Of a stretch of 64,000 nt of DNA, positions 25,140-35,715 are shown piece by piece. Every line of letters begins with the position of its first letter. Positions within the stretch are counted from its first letter, which is position 1. The stretch spans positions 124,001-188,000 of the forward strand of contig RSEE01000101.1 of the NCBI GenBank assembly GCA_003971905.1, given 5' to 3'. The notes below the pieces were generated by a model that did not search any database, was not told the origin of the DNA, and saw nothing but the letters and a program-made list of their open reading frames with translations. This DNA comes from Moniliella sp. 'wahieum' (Eukaryota). A program made the translations under genes and the position numbers.

Positions 25140-26716
25140 TCATCTCTCAAAGTGATACCGTGGTGTGCTTGACAAGGCGAGGACGAATAGTTCGCGAATG
25201 TGCTGGGTGGACTTGGACTTGGGTTTGGATCGAGGGACAGAAGGAGCGGGCGGTGGCGGTGGCGAAGGTGGTGCTTTGCCCGCCGGGAGAGGGAACTGCG
25301 ATGAACACAACCCGATTACCATGTCGGCCTGTTTCGCGCGGGCAAACGACGCAACCGTCTTCCACCACGTCTGCCACGCATGAGCATGCGCAGCGCCGTC
25401 CGATACTATCGCCTCAACACCCGAGGACAAGGCGCTGGGGGAACCGGACGGTCCAGCGCCACCGGCAGCGCCATAGACCAAGTACGGTAGCGAGGTGGGC
25501 AAGGTGGCCAAGACGAGGGTGACAAGTGACTTGCCAACCACGTTCCCGTGGCCATGTGTCGAAGCAACCACTATCTTACAGTCGCGCCGGAGCAGTTGCG
25601 CGGGCGTCAAGATTGTCGCTGCTGAAGCCTTGGCCTGGTCCCGCTGTCGCCACCCCGGTTTGAGCCGCTTGATCTGCGCTGCCAGGTCTGTCTTAGTCGT
25701 GGTGGTATTGGTGGGGGGGTCAACCGGCGCAACCGAGGTAGTGGCACCAACGGAGGTCGCCTGGTCCAGGTCGGTCCCGCCTCCATCCGCGGTGGAAGCT
25801 AGGGCGTCCCAAGCGGAGAGACGGGATGGGGGCCGAGCGGGGTACGAAGTGGAGTCTAGCGCGACTTGGGTCAGCTGCGTGTCGGCTGCAGGAGCCAGCG
25901 CGGCAGAGGGGCAGAGCAGCTGCGCTTCCACTTGGTCCCAGTGCGTCGCCTTTCCCCCTTTGGCCACTGGTTTCAGCGCTTTGGTGTCGAGCAAGGTGGG
26001 CCCAAGGAGTAATGCGGCGACCAAAGCCAACCCGTCCGCGGGTGCGTCCTCTGTAAGCGCCCACTCGGCCCCCCAGACGAGCGCGACGAGCGAAGCACAG
26101 CTGCCTGTCGACTGGGACGAATCTGGGCCCTCGACGACGCGCAGAGGGGCGTGCAGGTGCGCCCGCTCGTCCTGGTGGTGATCGAGGATGGCGAGCACGG
26201 TACGGTCGTCGCCCCAAGTGGGAGAGAGACGGTTATGGTCGACCAGGGCAATGCTTACGTTGTTCCCATCGCGACTGAGGCGCCAGGTAGTGGCTGCCTC
26301 CTCGCCCTGGCTTTGCAGTAGGCCAAGGAGCTCGTCGAGGTACACGAGTTGGTCCTGTGCTTGCTCACCCAAGAGCGTATGGAGGAACAGGTGGTTTTCT
26401 GGCCGGAGAACCGCGTTCGCCGCGTCGGTCTGGACGATGGGCACGGCCAGGAACGATGGTGGGGCGGAGGGCGAGGCGGAGGAGGTAGATGTATCCCAGG
26501 GGTCGTGGGCTGGGTCAATGGGGAAACCGTGCGGCGGACGACGGCGGCCAAAGGAGAAGTACGTCAAGAGGTAGCCCGTAGCCACCGCGCTCACTACCGA
26601 GTCGAGGTCCGCCGCGTCGTTCCCGAGCACGAGGACGAGGGTGGGCTCGGCGGGGTCGCGCTGGGCGTGGGCGTGGGACTGGGACGAGCGCGGGTGCTGC
26701 AGAGACGCTGTGACAT
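25140..26716 (-). CDS. PPX1: Exopolyphosphatase, Ppx1/PRUNE (DHH + DHHA2) family; possibly truncated
   Basis: GNDAADLDS, LVDHN, ILDHHQDE, GSCASLV, LLDT and LLRRDCK motifs. No in-frame ATG ahead of motif I; nearest ATG (26716) is one base out of frame. Terminal SRKQ motif not seen. Confidence 0.85.
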
Positions 26717-26885
26717 GTGGCCCGAGGCACACAGTGCACCGGGGCAGTAAGTTCCGGACCTTCCACGAGCGTCCATTGGCCTCCACCCCAGGAGCCTATC
26801 CAGGCCCATAGCTCTAGCTCTCCTTAGCTCTTGAATGCCATCTCCATCCCTCATCGGCAGCATCGCTAGCTATAGGCCTGTGACA
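26710..26885 (+). mobile_element. 5'-truncated second copy of the copia LTR, same orientation
   Basis: Aligns by eye to 23948-24123 with scattered substitutions and small indels; lacks the first 40 bp. Confidence 0.93.
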
Positions 26886-27498
26886 ATGCCGATTGGTTTG
26901 GTCATGGAAGGGGGGGGGGGGGGGGGGGAGGTGGAATAGGTGGGGGAGAATAGGTGGGGGATTGAATAGTGAGGACTGAGGGGGGATCGCATGGAAGCAT
27001 CTCAGACTGTTGCCGTAGTTGCTGTGGCGGGTATATAGTGTCACAACCCTGTCGTCCTAGGGGCGCGGGGCCTACAACACAGGCTGATGGATAGTCCCTT
27101 TTCGGGGTTGCCACAGGCCACAGAGTGTGTCGGGACACGCAATAGCAAAGAAGGCAAACCGGCCGAGGAAGCATCAACCAACAGGCGAGCGTATAGTGGA
27201 AGTATGCATGTTTTCTTGGCAGTCAGGTCACGTAGTATTCCCTTAGTGGCGCTCTCAGAGTGATAATTTACCGGTTGGCTACTGCTACCTGGAAGCCTCT
27301 TGCGAGGACTTCCCGTGATCGATTCCTTTTGGAACCGGTTTTTTTGCTGGATTTTTGGGGCTGCGTGGTTATTGTGCAGCTACCTGTGGGAATGGGTGGT
27401 AGAGTCATAACATTCACTGGTGACCGGTGAGGAAGCTGCTCGAGTCATCGATCATCGACCATCCGACCTTAGGCCTTACGCGGCCTCACTCGTTACGC

Positions 27499-27560
27499 CC
27501 CTTAGGCCCTTAGGCCCTTAGGCCCTTAAGCCTTAGGCCCCTTCAAGCTTCAGGCCTTAG
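27499..27560. repeat. (CCCTTAGG)n 8-bp tandem array, degenerating at its ends
   Basis: Read directly from the sequence. Confidence 0.85.
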
Positions 27561-28949
27561 TGGAGTCAATGAGGCAGACCTCTGTGTGACGTCATGTGGC
27601 GGAGACACTACTACCCCGCATCGGTGTCCGTATAAGTGTACGCCTCGTCGGCGATATGAAACATGGCACACTGACGGCTGCACTGAGAATCTCCATTTTC
27701 CCACCACCATCTGCACTCCCACTTCTATCCCGCGCCTTCCCGTCCGCACCTACTATCCCGCGCCTTCTCTGCCCCCGAATGTCCCCCCACCGCTAAATAC
27801 GAATATGGACGCTGTCATTGCCCGCTTAAACATCTATATGACAGGTCCTCGGATGCTTCTGTGCAGAATGTTCTCAGAAGACGATAAAGGTAGGAGAGGT
27901 AAGTTGAATGTTGATATGCATTACGATGTTCCTACACATGCTTGGTATTGCAGACGGCGAGCGCAGGCTTGAAGACGAGAAGCGCAGGTTTTGATAGCGA
28001 GGGCGAGCTTGAAGATGGCGAACGCAAGCTTAGAGGTGGCGCGGACAGCCTTGATGTGGCGAGCACTCATGCTTGGACATGGCCAGCACAAGCTTGGAGA
28101 CGCCAGACACATGGTCGAACCAACAGTTGCCATCGCGCGTGTGGGCAAGCGTGGACGCGATAGACAGACAGAGCACGATATTTGACTTGCACATGGACAA
28201 CTAGGGCTTGAGCATGTCCGTGACAGGCGTCAAGATGGGGGCAATGATGGGGGAGAGCGACGTGGTGAGGGGGAAGAGGCTGGTGCAAGAGCCGGTCAGA
28301 ATGAGGAAGGGTGGGATGGGATGGGACACGGGATGGCATGCTTGCCGATGCGCGCGACCAGGTTGCACATGGCCAAGACGACGTAGATGAGGAACCCAGG
28401 CTCGACGACAGCAGGGACGGCCAAGGGGGGAGCGCACGCCGGCAGAGTGTCTCGGAAGCGGAAGGCGTGGCAAGCTGCACACTGGTCTGCTTGAATGTGG
28501 GCAAGGCAAGTGGGGAGATGGCCGACGAGCTTCCAGATAGCCACAATGAGCGTCCAGACGGCCAAATCAAGCGCGGTGGTGCTGGTGGTAGGCGAGGCGG
28601 TGACCATGGACGGGCAGCGCGCCAGACTGAGGCTAGCAGGCATGTACAATGGCATGTGCCATCTCGCCTGCTTCCGCTTGGCCGACCCGACGGTGGCGAT
28701 GGCCGAACGAATGGCGGGGATGGCCGCGGCGTGCGTGGGAGGCAAGCGAGCAGCGCTGGGCGGGTGGGAAGGTAGGTGGACGGGAGAACGAGGCCCGGGA
28801 TGGTGTGGAAAGTGGCTGCAGAGACCCAGATGGGCCGCGCGGTCAGATTGGTTCGGCCCCCCATCACACACCAAGCCGCTACCACCACCAAATCGCCCAG
28901 CGCCACACGCCCGTTCTCCATCACTGTTCAATGCCTTGCACCCCGCGCA

Positions 28950-29430
28950 GGCGCATCTGAAAGAGGACTACCTGGGGCACCATGCGCCACCATTCATTGT
29001 CAGATCTGTCCAGAATTGGTGGTGCGCCGACGCTGTTTGTTCAAACAGTGCGCCGTCTGGACCGGACCTGTAAGCTATATGGAAGGGGTGTGATTCCAAT
29101 CCCGGACCAATCAAAATGCCCATCAGCTCTTCTGAAAGGCCTGATTCTGGAGTACAATGCACCGTTCACAGGTCCCAGATCTGTCCAGAATTGGTGGAGC
29201 GCCGGCACCATCTGTACTGTTGACCATCCGCCGTTTTGACCTAACCTCTGATGTTTGGACGTGGGGTGACCTCAATCCTTGTCCAATCCTGGAGCGCCTT
29301 GCCTCCCAGGAAATGCGTACTTCTTGTGCACGATGTGAACGTATCCAATCTATTGTTTGACGAGTATTGGTGCAGCACCGATGCCATCAACACAGGCCGT
29401 CTGCCGTTTCGACCTCCCGTCAGATGTAGC
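28950..29430 (+). repeat. Three diverged tandem units of about 175 bp
   Basis: CAGATCTGTCCAGAATTGGTGG at 29001 and 29176; ATTGGTG-anchored blocks at 29015, 29190 and 29366. Confidence 0.75.
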
Positions 29431-29816
29431 AATGGAAGCGCAAGACGCACATCGGGGTAGGGTTGGTGGGTGGTCACGTGCCCGTGCTGCCCGATTGAAA
29501 GGTCGCAACTGCAAGGGGGACGTGGCTCCGGCAGGCGATGCACCTGCGCGCTGGCGCCTTAGGCAGCACGAGGGCAGTGTGTGATGCGCCACCCGCGGGG
29601 CGTCGCCGATCGCGGGCACGGGGCCAGTGCAGGAGTGACGTGGAGTGCGGCGGTGTGCGTGGAGCAGGCGACGCGGGCGGAAGCACAGCCAGTGCGCCCT
29701 GATGCGGTGTGGCCGGCGAGGCAGATCATCGGTCGGACGGATGGATGCGGTTTCCTGCTTGCGCCACCACCACCGCCTTCTCATCCTCCACCACCTCCTT
29801 CTCATCCCCTCCGCCC

Positions 29817-31883
29817 ATGGCCTATCCACAGCACAACCAGCAGCAGCCGTACGGCGCCCAGTACGCCTACCCCGGCCTGCTCGCCTACGGCGCCGGCCAG
29901 GGCTACCCCGCCTACCCCTACACCGCTGCCCAGGGCGGCTTTGCCCAGGCCCAGGCCTACGCCCAGCAGCACGCCGTCTACTCCCAGGCCCAGGCCCATC
30001 TCCAAGCCCAGATCCAGGCTGCTGCCCTCGCTGCCCAGGCCAACGCCCCGCCCTCCCAGCTCCAGCACCCGCTCATGGCCCACGCCGCCAGCTTCTCCAG
30101 CAGCAGCAGCAGCAGCAGCCCCAGCAGCAGCAAGCCTCAGGACAGCCCTCGGCCCAGTCCGCGTCTGCCCCGTCCTCCTCCCCCAGCCTGCCGTTGCGTC
30201 TGCAACCGCCGACCCGTCCGCCGTGTACGGCCTCCCGCCGCGCCCGCCGCGCCAAGGCGCCCTGCGCGTCACCACCTCTTCCAACCGCGCACCCTCTCCG
30301 TCCCCTCGCTCCCCCGGCTTGCCCCGCAGCCCCAAGTCTCCCCGCAGCCCTGCCGCTGCTGCGTCCGCCCCGGCCTCTGCCACCGCTTCCGCCGCGCCCA
30401 CCCTGCCCTCCGACCCCAACGACCCGCAGGCCGACTATGTCTTCTTTGAGCGCCGCCTCGACGGCATCAGCAAGCACACCATCGAAGCCGCGACGGGTGC
30501 CAAGCTCAAGCTCGAGCACTACTACAAGTTGCCGTGGAGCAAGCGATCGAACGTACCGGTCGTCGTGTCGAACTTGAGAAACGTCTGGCCAGTGCCGGAG
30601 CCGAGGTGTCGGATGACAATAAGCGGCGCCAGTTGGCCCAGTTGGGTCAGACTGAATCCAGTTTCCTCCGTTTGCGTCGTACCCGTCTCGGGCTCGATGA
30701 GTTCCGCACGGTCAAGGTGATTGGTAAAGGTGCATTTGGCGAGGTGCGCTTGGTGCAGAAGCCAGACACGGGCAAGATTTATGCGATGAAGTCGTTGCGT
30801 AAGGCAGAGATGTTTAAGAAGGACCAATTGGCCCATGTGCGTGCGGAGCGAGATGTACTGGCCGAGTCCAACTCGCCATGGGTGGTGCAACTGTTTTACT
30901 CGTTCCAAGACGACGTGCACCTTTACCTCGTGATGGAGTTCCTCCCGGGCGGTGATCTGATGACCATGCTGATCAAGTACGACACCTTCTCGGACGATGT
31001 GACCCGCTTCTACATGGGCGAGTGCGCGCTGGCTCTGGAAGCGATCCACAAGCTTGGCTTTATCCACCGCGACATTAAGCCCGACAATATCCTCATTGAC
31101 GCTGGTGGCCACATCAAGCTCAGTGACTTTGGTCTCTCGACTGGTTTCCACAAACAACACGATTCGGCCTACTACCAAAAGTTGTTGGAGCAAGCTCATT
31201 CTGGCACTGCGCAGAACCGTGCCGGTGCAGGCCAATCGGGTAACCGCAACAGTGTCGCCGTCAACTCGATCACCCTCACGCTCAGTTCCAAAGACACGAT
31301 TGCCACCTGGAAGGCGAATCGGCGCAAGCTGGCCTACTCGACCGTCGGCACGCCAGACTACATTGCTCCGGAAATTTTCCTCCAGCAGGGCTATGGCCAC
31401 GAATGCGATTGGTGGTCGTTGGGTGCGATCATGTTTGAATGTCTGTGCGGCTACCCGCCCTTTTGCTCGGAGAATGCGCACGACACCTACCGCAAGATTC
31501 TTGCTTGGCGCGACACGCTCGCCTTCCCCGACGACATTCACCTCTCCCCCGAAGCGGAGGACATGATCCGCAACTTGATCCGCGAGCCAGAACACCGGTT
31601 GGGACGACACGCCGGTGCGGCCGAACTGAAAGCGCACCCCTTTTTTGCTGGTGTCGACTTTGACACGATCCGCGACATTGATGCGCCTTTCATCCCGGCC
31701 CTCAAGAGTGTCACTGACACCTCCTACTTCCCCACTGACGACCTCGCCGAGGTGCCCGATCAATTGCCCACCTCTACCACCCAAGCTACCACCGGCGGCA
31801 CGCGCGGCGGCAAGCCCGGGTCCGACTTGCCGTTCCTTGGCTACACGTTCCGCCGCTTCACTACCAACTCGGGAGCTCTGTGA
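29817..31883 (+). CDS. CBK1: NDR/LATS-family AGC kinase, Cbk1/Orb6/Cot1/Ukc1 ortholog; N-terminal frameshifts
   Basis: [12 protein letters not shown] (Mob-binding region), [40 protein letters not shown] and hydrophobic motif FLGYTF; Q/A/P-rich N-terminus. Confidence 0.96.
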
Positions 31884-33238
31884 GCCCGAGTCACTAACCT
31901 GGTTGGCTCGGTGCCTTCGGCTAAGGCTTAGTGCTAAGGCAACTACGGGGCATGCATGTGTATGGGCCAGCTGTATGGAAGTTGGCGTTCGCCTGCCGTG
32001 GCTCGTCTTCGTTCGCTCTCTAATCAATCCCCTCTCTCCTCCCCCTTCCCCGCCTCGCGTCCTCTTGGCACTCGGCTCCACTGGCTTCCTGTCGTGCCTT
32101 CCTCTCGCCTCCTCTCAGCTACACGAGGATGGGGCAAACGATGCGGACGGGGAAATGTACTTTCCTGCATGATGTGATTAGTGATTCGTGATTAGTACTT
32201 AGTGATTCGTGATTAGTGACTCGTAGCTCCTCTCTGGGTGGGTTTTGTCCTGCTCCTTGGTCGGTTGGTTGGCAAGGCGTGTCTATGCCGACCCGATTTA
32301 GCTCGGTCTGCTTGCTTGCAGTACCGAATTGTGTCCGTCAGTCCCAGTCGTGCGTGGCTAGTGTCTCGTGCCTGTCGGCCGTTCCGTACCGTGCCTCACT
32401 ACCACCACCACCAGTGCGATTGCATCACCCTCGATGACCATCAGGACTCCAGGTCTTATCACACGTCTTCGCCCTTCAAGCTTCAGCGCCAGCCCTTGCT
32501 GTCCCTTGTTGATCGGATCCTCGCGCCCTCGTCGAGCTCGAGCTGTAGTGGGGCTTTCGGTGTGGCCAATTAGATCATCGATCACATGCGCACCACATAG
32601 TCACGTGGCTAAGTAGCTCACGTACCCACACTCTGTTCCTGTTTGTTGTCTCCGTCTGCCCGGTCCTATACCTACCAGCTCGCGTAGGATGCCTCTGGAC
32701 GAACACACGACCATGTCCTTCTCTCAGATGTCACTCGCTGGAGAAACGGAAGCGAATCGAACAGAAGCGCACAGAACCCATCGGAACCAGCAGCGGTGTT
32801 GGATGCGTGTGGGTGGCCCGTGGCCGCTGGTGGCTGTCCCGCCGCAGCCCTCAGCGCCTCAGCGCCAGCCAGCGCAAGGCGGGACACGGCAGTGCACCAG
32901 TGTCAGGCCTGTGACATGTGACATGGGAGCGGCGGCACTGAATATTCACCTAACCCATGTCCCAGTGGTTGCTGCTCACCCATGGGCGACCGCTGATGCG
33001 TCCTGGCCTTGGTCCGTCGCGAGGCAACGGGAGAGTGGGACGAGGTGACGGCGGTGACGTCAAACAGCAGAGCGCTTGAAGCTTGAAGCTTGGCTTGAAG
33101 TTGTTGAAGCTTGGCCCAAACAGCAAGAGCAACGCACTCTGCCTCGCCCCATCCGACGCGAGCTGGGGACCACGCGTGCGCTGCCCACCACCACCATCAC
33201 CACCACCACCATCGGCACCTGGCCTGGCCTGCTGCACC

Positions 33239-34294
33239 ATGAGCAAGCGGCGCCACTCGGCCGTCCGGATGAGCGGGTGGAGACGCCGTCCGAAGGCACC
33301 ACCGCCTCTTCAGCCTCGTCTTCCGAAAGCGACGACGCCAGCGGCTTGCCGCGCAAACGGCTTCACCTCCAGGACCATGGTCAAGAGGGCCAAGAACGTC
33401 GTTTTGCCCATCTCAGCATTTACCCTCCCTCCTTCCCACCGGAACCGACCCACGCCTTCTCCCATCCCCCCACACGTATCGTCCACCCGGACGTGGTAAA
33501 GAAGAAGCGGACGAGTCGCCCCCGCGTCGCCGTTGCTTACCGTGCCGCACTACCTCCCTTGGCGGAAGAGGTGGACGCTGCGGCACCATCTACGGGCCAG
33601 GTGGGTGTGGTGGAGGAGCCTGGTCCTCGTCCTGCAACAGAGGAGGCAATGGACCAGTCCAGTTCACGTCCGGTGGGCTCGTACGAGTGGGCCAAGACCG
33701 GATCTGGGTGCAGTCGCGCTCGACCGAGTGATTCCGAGCCGGAATCCGAGTCGCAGCGTAGGCGCAAGGGCAACAAGGACAAAGGCAAGGACAACGACAC
33801 GGACAACAACGACCCTGGTTCGTCATACCATTTTGCCCAGTGTTTTGACGCGTTTGGATCGGCGGCATCGCGAACGGTTAGCACGTCAGCAGGCCGGGGA
33901 AGAGTGACACGGAGCAAGGTAAGTCGTTGGTGTTGTACACGAGGGATCGGTGGCCTCTCCTCCCTCCTGTGTCGACCAAAGATAAGGACGTGGCGATCCC
34001 TCCAATCCTGCTGCCCTAGCCGCTTCGGACGAGGCTATGGTCGATGCTGATGACACTACTACTGGCAATCTCGACGTTCCACCCCCTCCTTCCACCTGGA
34101 CCCCCAATCCTCAATTCAACATGCCCATTTACGGCATGCGTCCTTCCCCGTCCCCTGCGTACGCTGCACCTTCCTTGGCCCCGTCTCAACCTCCCCTTTC
34201 CGCTCCCGTTGCCTTCCCACCGTACACCCCCACACCTGCATTCGCCCCACCCGCTGTCCCCGCTACCGATGACACGGCGATGGAGCTGGACTGA
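33239..34294 (+). CDS. Hypothetical low-complexity protein; probable intron 33919-34019
   Basis: Long open frames with NLS-like basic clusters (PRKRL, KKKR), a GTAAGT donor and TAG acceptor; no recognisable domain. Confidence 0.45.
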
Positions 34295-35715
34295 GTGCAC
34301 TGAGTGCACTCAGTGGTCAGTGGAACGGTGGGTGTCGAGGAAAGCGCTGGACTGTTTAGCCATATATCCCACTTGGTCCACTTGCTTTTTGTCCATCCTT
34401 TCCTCCTACGGTCACGTCTGCCGTAGGACCATCGACCATTGACCATCGATCATCGATCACGAACCATTGTGCATTGCTCTTCAGTTCTTGTCAACTAGTC
34501 ACTTCGTTCCCTTGCCACACCATTCTTGGCTCCTAGCAACCGCTTTGTCGTAGTTCGTCTTTCCTCTCTTGCAGTGGTCCACGGTGCACGGATCGCCTCG
34601 CATAGTACAAACCTCGCCCCTCCAGCATAACCGCCTACTACAACGAGGGGGGCACACACTGAGGGGGACACACTGAGGTGAGCACACACCGAGGGGTGCC
34701 CCTGCTCACGTTGTTGAATCATGGGACGGCTGACCTGGAGAACGCGGTGCAAACGGTAGATCATCGAGGTGGTTGGGCTACGAGGACGGAGACCATCACG
34801 GGTACGGATACGATGGATCTGATGATCTTTTATGTTGTGCGCTCTCTCGGAAACAACCCGACGCACTGCGGGTCCCGTTGGTTTCGCCCTCGCCTGTAGG
34901 TTGATTGGGAAATTGCGAAGTGGGAAAACGTATCCGGGCGAAACGAAGTACACTGGATCAACAGGCAAGGCAGTAAGGCCGATCCATTCAATTCATCTTT
35001 CTGATCCATGATCTCGTTCTACTACTACTAGTAGTATTCCTATAGGGTTTTGACCATGCTATCCACACGCACTCCCTCTCGGCCTCTCCGCCTCACTGGG
35101 TGTGCCGCTACTGTCGCTGCCTTTTCTTCTGCGCTGCCCACCTCTCCCCTCAGTCGGAAGTGCCACCGCAAGCCTCACCCCCTACTCCCACGCACCAGCT
35201 CCATGTCTTCCGTTGGTCTACCCTCCGCCCCCGCCACGCACTACACATCCTCCTCCGCACCGCACAGACGCAAGGACAACGAAAGGATATATGCAGCATT
35301 ACGATTCCAGCGTCTCGCCGTCGCTCTCGCCCTGGTCAGAGTAGTGTCCTGCACCCGCCCTCGTCCGCCGTAGGGAAGCGGGTGGCAAGCCAAGGATGCA
35401 CTTGGCCCAACAGTTGCGCCACCGGACACGATACTAGTGCTGTCGGAACGAGTTGCAACGCCCGAAGGAACCCACTCCAAGTGAAAAGTATACCGGCGAA
35501 CGCTGGGTGGCTGTGACGGTTGCTTCACGTACCATCAAGCAGGTCAGTTGCTCTTCTGGTGATGCCAGGCGCCAGACACGACGCAAGGCACGTGGTAGCG
35601 CACCAACGGCAAGGCCACCTCGTGCGTGTTGCCAAATCGAGCACGCAGTCCCTCAGGCAACTGCTCCACGCGCATGCGTAACGTGGCTGGCGGCGCACCA
35701 GGTGGCAGGTGGCGG

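Noticed and set aside
27039..27412. Possible solo LTR (TGTCAC...ATAACA)
   Set aside because: Only the termini fit; no target-site duplication and no second copy in the window.
21713..29430. Short repeat groups considered as CRISPR-like arrays
   Set aside because: Eukaryotic context, only 2-3 diverged copies, no unique spacers of constant length and no cas genes.
30522..32081. Long antisense ORFs (also 43760-44812 and 41670-42467)
   Set aside because: Shadow frames opposite GC-rich conserved genes, with no recognisable domains.
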